Shown: positions 19,706 to 27,319 of the stretch, one piece after another
Position numbering within the stretch: the stretch's first letter is position 1
Layout of the letters: each line of letters starts with the position of its first letter
Virus record (IMG/VR): IMGVR_UViG_3300022936_000190
Location: 1-36,172 of that record
DNA from: a virus
Taxonomy: Duplodnaviria > Caudoviricetes
DNA: 36,172 nt
Direction: 5' to 3' (one strand)
Notes under the pieces: model-generated
What the model was told of the DNA's origin: nothing
Databases searched by the model: none
What the model saw: the letters and a program-made list of their open reading frames with translations, nothing else
Program-made: the position numbers and the translations under genes

Positions 19706-20497
19706 CTAGACGAGCAACACCCTATCCCCGCCCTTGGCCAGATTGTCTGCCGCCCATAGGGGTCTAAGATTGGTCAATGCCCAGCACGCTTGAATATCGG
19801 CCTCTTGGTTGAGGTCGAAGCATCGCACCGGCACGATGTGGTCGATGTGTATCTCGCCACGTCGAAATGCTGACCAGTCCATACCTTTGGTGAACTGGCG
19901 TTCCATATGCTGCTTAAGGTCTGCAACGGTAAAGCCAAAGCGCGCAAGGATCGTCGGCGACCAACGATCATGGTTGAGGCTGTCGCGGATGCGCCAAGCC
20001 ATGCCGCCCATGCGTCGCTGCTTCTTGATCTGGTTCTTCACCTTCTCCCGAAGCTGCCGAGTGATGGCCGAAGCTTCCCGCTTTGCCGCTCTTTCCAGTG
20101 ATCGCCGCAGCATGTCCGCCTTACGTGTGCCTTTAGCCTCGCACTGTGCCGCCATGACTTCGGCCACTGTCCGATAGGCTCGCCCATGCTCAAGGGATAC
20201 GCGCCGCCTATCGGCTTGACGCGCAACCGTGCCACGGCAACTAAGGCTGTCGTGGCAAGCCTTGCACCGAGCGGTCAGGCCTCCCCTAGCGTATCGGTGT
20301 CGATAGAAGTCATCGGCCGGCTTAACTTGTATGCATGCCGGGCATCGCTTGGCGGCGACAACATCGCCGTTTCCGCGCTCAAACGCCAGCCTGACAGCGC
20401 ACCGCTTGCACCGACTGGCTCTGCCCAACTTTCCCTTCTTGTGGGGAGAGAATTGGTCGAGCGGCTTAACCTCATTGCACAATGTGCAGGACTTCAT
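19706..20497 (-). CDS. HNH endonuclease with two tandem CxxC...CxxC zinc ribbons
   Basis: CTLC..CKRC and CPAC..CKAC repeats; IHIDHIVP...TNLRPLWAADNLAKG HNH core. Confidence 0.85.
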   Translation of the reverse strand: MKSCTLCNEVKPLDQFSPHKKGKLGRASRCKRCAVRLAFERGNGDVVAAKRCPACIQVKPADDFYRHRYARGGLTARCKACHDSLSCRGTVARQADRRRVSLEHGRAYRTVAEVMAAQCEAKGTRKADMLRRSLERAAKREASAITRQLREKVKNQIKKQRRMGGMAWRIRDSLNHDRWSPTILARFGFTVADLKQHMERQFTKGMDWSAFRRGEIHIDHIVPVRCFDLNQEADIQACWALTNLRPLWAADNLAKGGDRVLLV

Positions 20498-20512
20498 AAG
20501 TCTCCGCCTCAA

Positions 20513-21160
20513 TTACCGCATGGTGCGCATGGCCTCGGCTATCGATACCGAGATGATGGCCTTGACGTTCGCCTGCGCGATCTTGCTAACCCGCTCCACG
20601 AACCGGAAGCGTGGCTGGTACTTGGCCTGCCGCTCGAATGCGACAAGCAGCTTAATGCGCCCGGCCTTGCCGCCGGCACGCTTTCGCCCACGCTTCGACC
20701 CCAAGGCCTTGGCCTTACGCGTTCCCATTCGCTCATAAAGACCAGGGGGCAAGTGCTTGGTCTTGCCTGTGCCTTTGGAAGCAAAGACATTCGGCTTGGT
20801 TCGTTGCCGAGACAGTGCGCCGCGGCTGATGTTGCCATACTGGTTGAGGCGCTGACCGACTGCGATGTTGATCGGACTGCCTGGCATTGGGCGGCGTAGA
20901 CCGCCCTGCTCTTGCCTCATCAGGTAGTTTGCTTGGACGTCTCTAACGAATACCCGAGCCTCAAGCTTAGCCTTAGTTGCAGACTGGAATCCGATAGCAC
21001 GTTGTGTGAACGGTGTGGGCCGGTCGAAGATAGATGGCAGCTGCTGTTCCATCTTTGCGGCTGCGAACTTAGCCGTATTCGTCAGCCCACGAGCTACACC
21101 GAATGCCAGGCTATTTTGTACCTTTTGTTGGATCGCGCGAGATTGAACCTCAAGGGACAT
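20513..21160 (-). CDS. Basic phage morphogenesis protein (gpZ/HK97 gp10-like tail completion), upstream of terS
   Basis: AFGVARGLTNTAK...FDRPTPFTQRA and YQPRFRF motifs. Confidence 0.65.
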   Translation of the reverse strand: MSLEVQSRAIQQKVQNSLAFGVARGLTNTAKFAAAKMEQQLPSIFDRPTPFTQRAIGFQSATKAKLEARVFVRDVQANYLMRQEQGGLRRPMPGSPINIAVGQRLNQYGNISRGALSRQRTKPNVFASKGTGKTKHLPPGLYERMGTRKAKALGSKRGRKRAGGKAGRIKLLVAFERQAKYQPRFRFVERVSKIAQANVKAIISVSIAEAMRTMR

Positions 21161-21225
21161 CAACTAAGCCTGTTGTCGCAATAACATGGTTTGCTAATCT
21201 TCGATGGGTTTCTGAGGGTGTACAG

Positions 21226-21408
21226 ATGAGCAGCTACGTTTGCGACAAAGCGATGGAAGACCGCTTGAAGGATTTTCGTCGCGGGCTTCACGCTGCAATG
21301 ACGCACGTTATCGCCAAGAATTTTGATGAGGCCGAGTTGGTGCTGGGGCAATTGGACCAGCACCTCAACTCAACGCTCACCAATTTGCAGATTGTGGAAC
21401 GTCGTTAG
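21226..21408 (+). CDS. Small hypothetical protein (moron-like)
   Basis: GAGGG RBS, 60 aa helical ORF opposite to the late operon. Confidence 0.5.
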   Translation: MSSYVCDKAMEDRLKDFRRGLHAAMTHVIAKNFDEAELVLGQLDQHLNSTLTNLQIVERR

Positions 21409-21574
21409 ATGCGCACGCATGGCGATCCGAGGCGCCATCTTGGTCAGCCTGGGCTTGAGTACCTTCAACGCCATCAGCATCCACCTGTTGCTCAAGCGCG
21501 GGTTTGGATCGATACTCCGACTAAAGTCGATCTTAGCGCAGGATTCTCGAATGGCGAACCGTCTGTCGATGTTC

Positions 21575-21760
21575 ATGACCAAGGATATGATCTGGAAGAT
21601 CGCACTGGCGATTGTCGGCTGCATTGCCGTCGGCTTCATCTACGAAGAGGTCATCAGCGGCCTAATCGGCTGGATGATCTGTGGCGCTGTTCTCGCCGGC
21701 ACCTGCTACCCCCTGTTCAAGACGCTGTTCGAGCGCCGCGGGATGAAACTAGGCCGCTAA
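21575..21760 (+). CDS. Small two-TM membrane protein (moron-like)
   Basis: 61 aa, two hydrophobic helices, basic C-terminus. Confidence 0.6.
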   Translation: MTKDMIWKIALAIVGCIAVGFIYEEVISGLIGWMICGAVLAGTCYPLFKTLFERRGMKLGR

Positions 21761-21922
21761 ACTTTTAGAGGCTGAACTGGTGCAGCACAGCGGCGCACCG
21801 CAGTCCTTCGATGTGGTGCTTGACGAAGTGATCGACCCTACGCTCTTCACGAAGATTGAGCATAGTTCACTCCTTGGCGAATGGCTCGATGCTGATAAGC
21901 TTGGGCACCGGAGGAATTTACA

Positions 21923-22165
21923 ATGAGACTAAAAATTGCGGCTGCAATGACGATTGCGATATTTGCCGCTTATGCACCGCACGCCTCTGCGCAAAACGGC
22001 GAATGCAACATCAAGGGCAACGTCAGTACGCGGGGCGAGCGCATCTACCACGTTCCTGGACAGCGTTATTACGATGAGACCAGGATTAGTGCGTCTCATG
22101 GGGAACGTTGGTTTTGCTCGGAAGAGGAAGCGCGCGCTGCTGGGTGGAGACGCTCTCGCGTCTGA
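21923..22165 (+). CDS. Secreted ExoI C-terminal-like small domain protein
   Basis: GGAGG RBS, signal peptide (ASA-Q), CNIKGNVS..GERIYHVPGQRYY..T.I....GERWFCSEEEARAAGWR. Confidence 0.85.
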   Translation: MRLKIAAAMTIAIFAAYAPHASAQNGECNIKGNVSTRGERIYHVPGQRYYDETRISASHGERWFCSEEEARAAGWRRSRV

Positions 22166-22186
22166 GCCATCGGGGACTAAAATGAC

Positions 22187-22215
22187 AAAACCCGCCGGGC
22201 TTTCGCTTGGCGGGT
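22187..22215 (-). terminator. tR'-like terminator of the late leader (may also serve the converging + gene)
   Basis: ACCCGCC...GGCGGGT stem with TTTT on the minus strand. Confidence 0.75.
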
Positions 22216-22250
22216 CGCTTCAGACGATAGTCTGAAAATGGAATAATGCC

Positions 22251-22279
22251 TTTATGGCGTTGTTCGGGATTTCCGTCAA
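22251..22279 (-). promoter_or_regulatory. Late promoter (pR'-like)
   Basis: TTGACG-17 bp-CATAAA overlapping the stop of the Q-position gene. Confidence 0.65.
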
Positions 22280-22833
22280 GCTGCTATCTGAAGCTTCTTG
22301 GTTTTCCCCATTAGGCCGAAATGATGTGCCAGGGCATTCAAGGCGATCCGGCAGTCACCCACCATGTGCCAGTGCTGTTCATCCCTGCACACGAGATAGT
22401 CGAGCGCTGCGTAAAGGTTGGCGCCTCGATGTATCTCCTGTTCATCCTGGATGGCCTTGATCGCGGCATCATACTTGCCTCTGGCCGCTTGGCACCAGCG
22501 CGTATAGTCCTCGGTGTTATCGCCACCGCCGACGCCCCCTGATTGCTTGGACGCGTCAGGTGCACCGATCGCCCGCTTGTATTTGTCGTACACCTCGAGG
22601 AAAGCCACGGCGGCGTCGTACTGGGCATTGCTGATCAGCGTTTTCTTGTCGGTCAGGTTGAGGCGCCCGATAAAGGTCGCCGCCTTCTGGTCGCGTGCAT
22701 CGGCCTCTGACAGCCCAAACATCTTCATGCGCAGCAGGATGGCCTCCATGTTGGCTGGCACTGCGCCCGCCCGTGTTGCCCTGCCCGATGCTGTCCGCTT
22801 CACGCCCATCTTCCGTGGTCTGCCCTTGGCCAT
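22276..22833 (-). CDS. Late-gene regulator (Q-position antiterminator-like)
   Basis: Last gene of the early-right operon; ISNAQYDAA and LNALAHHFG motifs; followed by promoter plus terminator. Confidence 0.6.
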   Translation of the reverse strand: MAKGRPRKMGVKRTASGRATRAGAVPANMEAILLRMKMFGLSEADARDQKAATFIGRLNLTDKKTLISNAQYDAAVAFLEVYDKYKRAIGAPDASKQSGGVGGGDNTEDYTRWCQAARGKYDAAIKAIQDEQEIHRGANLYAALDYLVCRDEQHWHMVGDCRIALNALAHHFGLMGKTKKLQIAA

Positions 22834-22834
22834 G

Positions 22835-23038
22835 CTATTCGCTCCCTGCGCTCTGCTGCCGTCTCGCGGCTAAGATTTCGGTTTCGTATTCTTGGTAGAC
22901 TGTGAGGATCAGAAGCCCTGCCTCTGCTCGGTCCAGTCGCTCCCTCAGGTGGGGTTTGTCTGGTAGTGCTTTTGCTAGGGCGTCTCGGTGAAGCCGGGCT
23001 TCAGCGATCTGATCTGAAAGGGCGATCTTCATCCTCAC
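22835..23038 (-). CDS. Hypothetical protein
   Basis: 67 aa, GTGA overlap with the replication gene. Confidence 0.6.
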   Translation of the reverse strand: MRMKIALSDQIAEARLHRDALAKALPDKPHLRERLDRAEAGLLILTVYQEYETEILAARRQQSAGSE

Positions 23039-23916
23039 GCTGACGCCCTCGCCTGCTCGACTTCCTCGATGCGGAAGCCGCGTTTGCCGCTGGCGCTGAC
23101 GACCGGAAGCTTTTTCCCAAGCATCTTCTCGACAGCCTGAAAGTCGGGATGAGCTGGGGCCAGATAGACCCAGCCGCTGACGGGATCGGCGGGAACCGGA
23201 TCATGCTGCAGCGGCACAGTCAGTGCCTCAATCCAAGCGTCTGATCTGATCCACTTGCCCAGACCGACTCGGAATTCAGCTTGGCTGTCCGGTGTGGCGT
23301 TACGCGACTGGCTGTCCTCAATGTGCCACTGGCGGAATCGCTTGGCTGCCAGAAGGCACCGATGGGTCTCGGCATCGCTCAGAGCATCGAAGGCAGCGAC
23401 AGCGTCAGACCGGTTCGTCATCCGGCGCTTGGGGAAGACTTCCCAAACATCATCGAATGAAGCGCGCTCGCTCCCGTTACCGGTTCGATTACTGGTTCTC
23501 TTACTGGTTAGTGTCTCAGAGCTGTGAGACACGGCTACCCCCTGTTTTTGAGACACGGGAACGGCTTTTTCTGAGACACGGCTACCGGCTGAAGCCGTGT
23601 CGCAATCTGAGACACGGCCTACAACATGTGGTGTGCCGAACTCAGCTTCGAACGCTAGAATGTAACGGGTTGCCAGCTGCTTTTTGGACGCAGGATCGAT
23701 GCGCTGCTCGCGACGGATGAGACCCATCTTCTCCAATTCGGCGAGGTAGCGGTTTACCGAGGCGCGCGAGATCTCACAGTCATAGGCAAGGCTCGCCTGA
23801 TCAGGGAAGCACCCATGGTCAGGGTTGTGGCGGTCAGCCAGCCGCCAAAGCAATACCTTGGCGATCGGCTTCAAGCCGCGCTGTTCGATTGCCCAATTGG
23901 TGGCCTTGTGGCTCAT
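23035..23916 (-). CDS. Phage replication initiator (gpO-like, N-terminal winged HTH)
   Basis: AKVLLWRLADRHN...CFPDQASLA..CEISRASVNRYLAELEKMGLI; internal iterons; FDDVWEVFPKR motif. Confidence 0.85.
   Translation of the reverse strand: MSHKATNWAIEQRGLKPIAKVLLWRLADRHNPDHGCFPDQASLAYDCEISRASVNRYLAELEKMGLIRREQRIDPASKKQLATRYILAFEAEFGTPHVVGRVSDCDTASAGSRVSEKAVPVSQKQGVAVSHSSETLTSKRTSNRTGNGSERASFDDVWEVFPKRRMTNRSDAVAAFDALSDAETHRCLLAAKRFRQWHIEDSQSRNATPDSQAEFRVGLGKWIRSDAWIEALTVPLQHDPVPADPVSGWVYLAPAHPDFQAVEKMLGKKLPVVSASGKRGFRIEEVEQARASA
23511..23617. repeat. Replication-origin iterons (TGAGACACGG)
   Basis: Exact copies at 23525, 23549, 23572, 23608; inverted variants at 23511 and 23595. Confidence 0.8.
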
Positions 23917-24644
23917 TTATCGACTGCCGACTTGCGGGTGTAGTAGGGCTTGCTCGCGTGCCGAATACGGTGCTTCAGCGCGTGGCCTTTGACTGTGGCA
24001 TCTGACTTGCCGATCGCCTTGCCGATGGCCTTACAGGACAGCCCATCAGCGTAGCCTTGCTCGATAATCCGATGGCGCTCTTCAGCTGATAGGTTTGGAA
24101 TCGGCTCACCAGGCGGTAACGCCAAGTATGGGGATATCCTCTCGCGGCAAATCGGCGGAAACTTGCCAAGCGAGTGGAGCACGGTCGTGTGGTCCCGGCC
24201 GCTGAACAACCTACCGATCCGACCGGTGTCATAAACCGTGTGCAGCGCGACCATGTAAATGGCCTCGTGGCGTGCTGCGCAAATGGAGTAGCTCCTGCTA
24301 CGACCGGTTAGATCATCGGGTGTTAAGCCATGGCGCAATGCCGTCAGAGCCACCAGGAACTTCCACGACCCAACGGTGAGCATATTGAGCGGCACACCGT
24401 CAGCGACAAACTCTGGCTCTGGCAACGCAGACGGGAGGAACACGCGCCTTGGCAGGACCAGCGATGGCAGTGGTTGACGCAGCCGGGCGCGCGCGGCCAA
24501 GCTTGCTGCAGTAGCTTCTGCTGCGCTGCCATGCTCGCGGACCGGCATCTGGTAAACGAGGCTATGCGGGCGCTGCTGTACGGCTAGGAGCGGGATATAG
24601 CTGTTGCCGGGGCCGGTGATGGCCGGGAGGTTGGATTGGGTCAT
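23913..24644 (-). CDS. DnaA C-terminal (domain IV)-like HTH protein with a second C-terminal HTH
   Basis: DDLTGRSRSYSICAARHEAIYM...RIGRLFSGRDHTTVLHSL; C-terminal GLSCKAIGKAIGKSDATVK. Confidence 0.8.
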   Translation of the reverse strand: MTQSNLPAITGPGNSYIPLLAVQQRPHSLVYQMPVREHGSAAEATAASLAARARLRQPLPSLVLPRRVFLPSALPEPEFVADGVPLNMLTVGSWKFLVALTALRHGLTPDDLTGRSRSYSICAARHEAIYMVALHTVYDTGRIGRLFSGRDHTTVLHSLGKFPPICRERISPYLALPPGEPIPNLSAEERHRIIEQGYADGLSCKAIGKAIGKSDATVKGHALKHRIRHASKPYYTRKSAVDK

Positions 24645-25201
24645 TTGTTCCCCCACAGCATCTTAGCCTGCGGGTAGCTGCCCGGCCCCCAAACGTACCA
24701 GGCGTGATCCTCGGTGCCGGTCTCGCCGTTCCCTGCCCACGATATGCGATCAAGCAGAGCAATCTTCGCCATGAAGCGCGGGTTATTTTGGAATAGGTGC
24801 CGGCGGGTTTTGCCAAAGTCGAACTTGGCCGTCAGCAGCAGAGCGACCATACCATCGCAGCGCTCTAGCGACAGTTCGGCGAAACGAACGGCCAGGCGGT
24901 TTCCCTTGCCATATGGAGGGTTTGTGATGATGGCGTGGAAGTAGCCAGGGGCTTCGAGCCAATCGCCAGTCAGGAAATCAAACAGGCGATCGTGGGCCCG
25001 GTCGTACTGTGCGATGTCGCTGGTCATGACAATGGCGCCGCGGTCGCGCAGTACATCGGCCATGAGGTGATTGCCTACGGCTGGCTCCCAGACGCCAAGG
25101 CCGGACATCGGGAAGTGCCGCAACAGCACCTCCGTCGCCCACGGCTCGGTCTGGTAAAGTTCATTGGCCGCGCGAGCGTATTTCGATGCTGTAACAGTCA
25201 T
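24641..25201 (-). CDS. Amino-DNA methyltransferase (orphan)
   Basis: LYQTEPW, WEPAVGNH SAM-binding motif, IITNPPY catalytic motif. Confidence 0.8.
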   Translation of the reverse strand: MTVTASKYARAANELYQTEPWATEVLLRHFPMSGLGVWEPAVGNHLMADVLRDRGAIVMTSDIAQYDRAHDRLFDFLTGDWLEAPGYFHAIITNPPYGKGNRLAVRFAELSLERCDGMVALLLTAKFDFGKTRRHLFQNNPRFMAKIALLDRISWAGNGETGTEDHAWYVWGPGSYPQAKMLWGNK

Positions 25202-25344
25202 ACCCTCGTGCCCTTGCTCTCTTTGGCTTTCACGAAGGCGATAAGGCCTGCGTTTGTCTTGGCGAGTTTGGTCGGCAGACGGGTGCCCATCGGCCCGGGC
25301 TTTGGTGTGGCAAGCTGCTGCAGCACGTCATTGGTCAGGGTCAT
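25198..25344 (-). CDS. Small hypothetical protein (48 aa, not in ORF track)
   Basis: MTLTNDVLQQLATPKPGPMG...; AAGGGA RBS; ATGA overlap with the MTase gene. Confidence 0.5.
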   Translation of the reverse strand: MTLTNDVLQQLATPKPGPMGTRLPTKLAKTNAGLIAFVKAKESKGTRV

Positions 25345-25382
25345 TGTCGTTTCCCTTCTGCTCGGGTTCATTGGGCAGGCGT

Positions 25383-25778
25383 TCAGACTTCCGCCCGCGG
25401 CGTCTGTCCCAGAAGTGCTTCAGTCTCTGCGATAAGAGCGAGGCGAGCCGCCGTAGCGGGGAGCCTCTTGGTGATCTCGAGTTCATGGGCAAGACGTGCC
25501 TCCTGGCGCTCGCACTCGGCTTCGTATGCCGCTTGTATTTTGAGGTAGACCGACGCCAGCATGTCTTTTGGCGTGCGATATCGAAGCCGCCACAGAACCT
25601 TTGGGTCGAGGCCATGCTTGACCGATGCCCGGTGTATCGCTGCGTCGACGGTGTCTCCTGGGCCGCGATGGTTGGCCGATATGAGCCGGTTGGCCCATCC
25701 GCGAGCCCGCCCAACTCCGAAATCTGCAGTTGCGTCAGTCATGGATTTTGTCGTCCGGCGACAATGGTTCTGCCCCAC
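25383..25778 (-). CDS. CII-position transcriptional regulator-like protein
   Basis: GDTVDAAIHRASVKHGLD..VLWRLRYR HTH-like segment plus coiled coil; AAGGA RBS. Confidence 0.6.
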   Translation of the reverse strand: MGQNHCRRTTKSMTDATADFGVGRARGWANRLISANHRGPGDTVDAAIHRASVKHGLDPKVLWRLRYRTPKDMLASVYLKIQAAYEAECERQEARLAHELEITKRLPATAARLALIAETEALLGQTPRAEV

Positions 25779-26084
25779 GCGTCAATTCCTTCTCGTTAGC
25801 GTCAAAGCTAACGGGAACGGCGAACGACGAAAGGCGACGGTGATGGATCGACCGGTAAGCGAGAGTTTGAAGGCTTTGCTTGACCGGCAGGATACGCGCG
25901 GCAGGACGGTTGGCGCCGTTCGACCGCATGCAATGAAGTTGGCGAATGATCTGCTCGACCTGGGGGGTGACGAAGATCATTCGCCCTCGGGCGGGGAGGA
26001 GTTGCGCCCGAAGAGATTGCCAAGGCTGCGCATCATTCGAGCGCTGCCGTTCTTGGCTGTTATCGACTGTGGCCGTGACTGACA

Positions 26085-26180
26085 TCACCAGCCGCCTAGA
26101 ATGCGTAAGACAAGAGCAACCGATGCCAGCAGAGCAGCAGCCGCGGTTGTCGATTGGATCAAAGATGAGCGGCCCATCAT
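26085..26180 (-). CDS. Small hydrophobic peptide (31 aa)
   Basis: MMGRSSLIQSTTAAAALLASVALVLRILGGW; ATGA overlap upstream, TGATG overlap downstream. Confidence 0.4.
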   Translation of the reverse strand: MMGRSSLIQSTTAAAALLASVALVLRILGGW

Positions 26181-27316
26181 GCCAACTCCATGCCGAGCTC
26201 GAATGCTGCATAGATGTCGGCCTTACGCTTGGGGTTGAGCTTGCTGAGCTTCTGGGCGATGCGGAACGTCTGCTCGGAGTTGAGCATGCGGCCTTGGAAG
26301 TTCCAGCGGATACAGTCGATGAGCGGATCGCTGCCATCGTACTGGACGACCGGGTATTCGATATCCATGTTGCGGGCGGTCATGTAACGAGCCCAGCCGT
26401 CGAGGATTTCGTTGCCGATCTTTACGATGGGAGCGGACGCGGCGTTCGCGAGATCATCCTCGATGACGGCGCTGTCTTGGCCAGCATCACCGAACGCTTG
26501 GCTGAACTCATGGCGGCGAACGCCTTCTGGTGGATTGCGCTCCCAGGTGATGACGCCGGGCTGACCGTATTTGCTGACCAGAGCAACAGAGGCTGGAGCC
26601 TCCACCGACTTACCCGCCTGGGGTTGGCTCCCTGCCGGGGCTTGCACCGCGGTTCTCTCCGGCATAGTCACGAGGTTCTTCGCGGCACCCTCGGGCTGTA
26701 CATTTCCCTCGAGACGCTTTGCATCTTCCGTCGCTTTGACCGGGCGCTCTACTTCACGAGCTACAGGGTTCTCGTTTGCCGTTTCCAGCTGAATAGGCGT
26801 GGAGATTTCGACGGCTTCGCTCTCCACGGGCGGGGTAGCAGCAGCGGGGGCCACTTCCGTCTGGCCAGCCTGGTTGAGAGGCTGGGATTGATCTGGAGTT
26901 TCTTGCACTTTTTGCAAAGAACTCGATTGCTTGAGATTGGCTGGGTCGACGATCGACATGGCCGGGTCAGCACGGAGAGAAGCGAGACGAGCCTTTTGGG
27001 CTGTCACTTCGGGGTCTTCCTCGGATGCATGCGTGTGCGTAGCACGAACCGTGCCAACCTTGCCGGCGGCGCTGTCATAGGCCGTCAGGTACAGGTCGAA
27101 GATGGTTTCGCTTTCCTCGACAGCGGCCGAGTTGTCCTGGCGTTTCTCGACGTAGCTGACGAGCTTGCCGAGCACGGTCTTGTCGAAGCCATTGCCCTTT
27201 GCCTCGGCATAGATTTCGCGCACATCCGCATTGATTTCCTTCACCTCACCCTTAAGGCGGAGAATGCGATCGACGAAGGCTTTGATCTGGTCCTGAGCGA
27301 CGCTGTCTTCGGCCAT
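26177..27316 (-). CDS. GapR/DUF2312 domain fused to ParB N-terminal-like domain
   Basis: N-terminal QIKAFVDRILRL..E.KEINADVREIYAEAKGNGFD...DLYL; Pro/Ala/Glu-rich linker; C-terminal HEFSQAF...PIV...ILDGWARY...YDGSDPL...N...RML. Confidence 0.75.
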   Translation of the reverse strand: MAEDSVAQDQIKAFVDRILRLKGEVKEINADVREIYAEAKGNGFDKTVLGKLVSYVEKRQDNSAAVEESETIFDLYLTAYDSAAGKVGTVRATHTHASEEDPEVTAQKARLASLRADPAMSIVDPANLKQSSSLQKVQETPDQSQPLNQAGQTEVAPAAATPPVESEAVEISTPIQLETANENPVAREVERPVKATEDAKRLEGNVQPEGAAKNLVTMPERTAVQAPAGSQPQAGKSVEAPASVALVSKYGQPGVITWERNPPEGVRRHEFSQAFGDAGQDSAVIEDDLANAASAPIVKIGNEILDGWARYMTARNMDIEYPVVQYDGSDPLIDCIRWNFQGRMLNSEQTFRIAQKLSKLNPKRKADIYAAFELGMELA

Positions 27317-27319
27317 GTT

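Noticed and set aside
21778-21860. Possible tRNA in the late leader (minus strand ends GCACCA; GCACCGCA/TGTGGTGC hairpin)
   Set aside because: No T-loop GTTCRA or cloverleaf could be built by eye; tRNAscan/Infernal would settle it.
23511-23617. Mini-CRISPR array
   Set aside because: Repeats are 10 bp, in mixed orientation, inside a gene, with no cas genes; iterons explain them.
24641-25201. Restriction-modification system
   Set aside because: No adjacent endonuclease; orphan methyltransferases are common in phage early regions.
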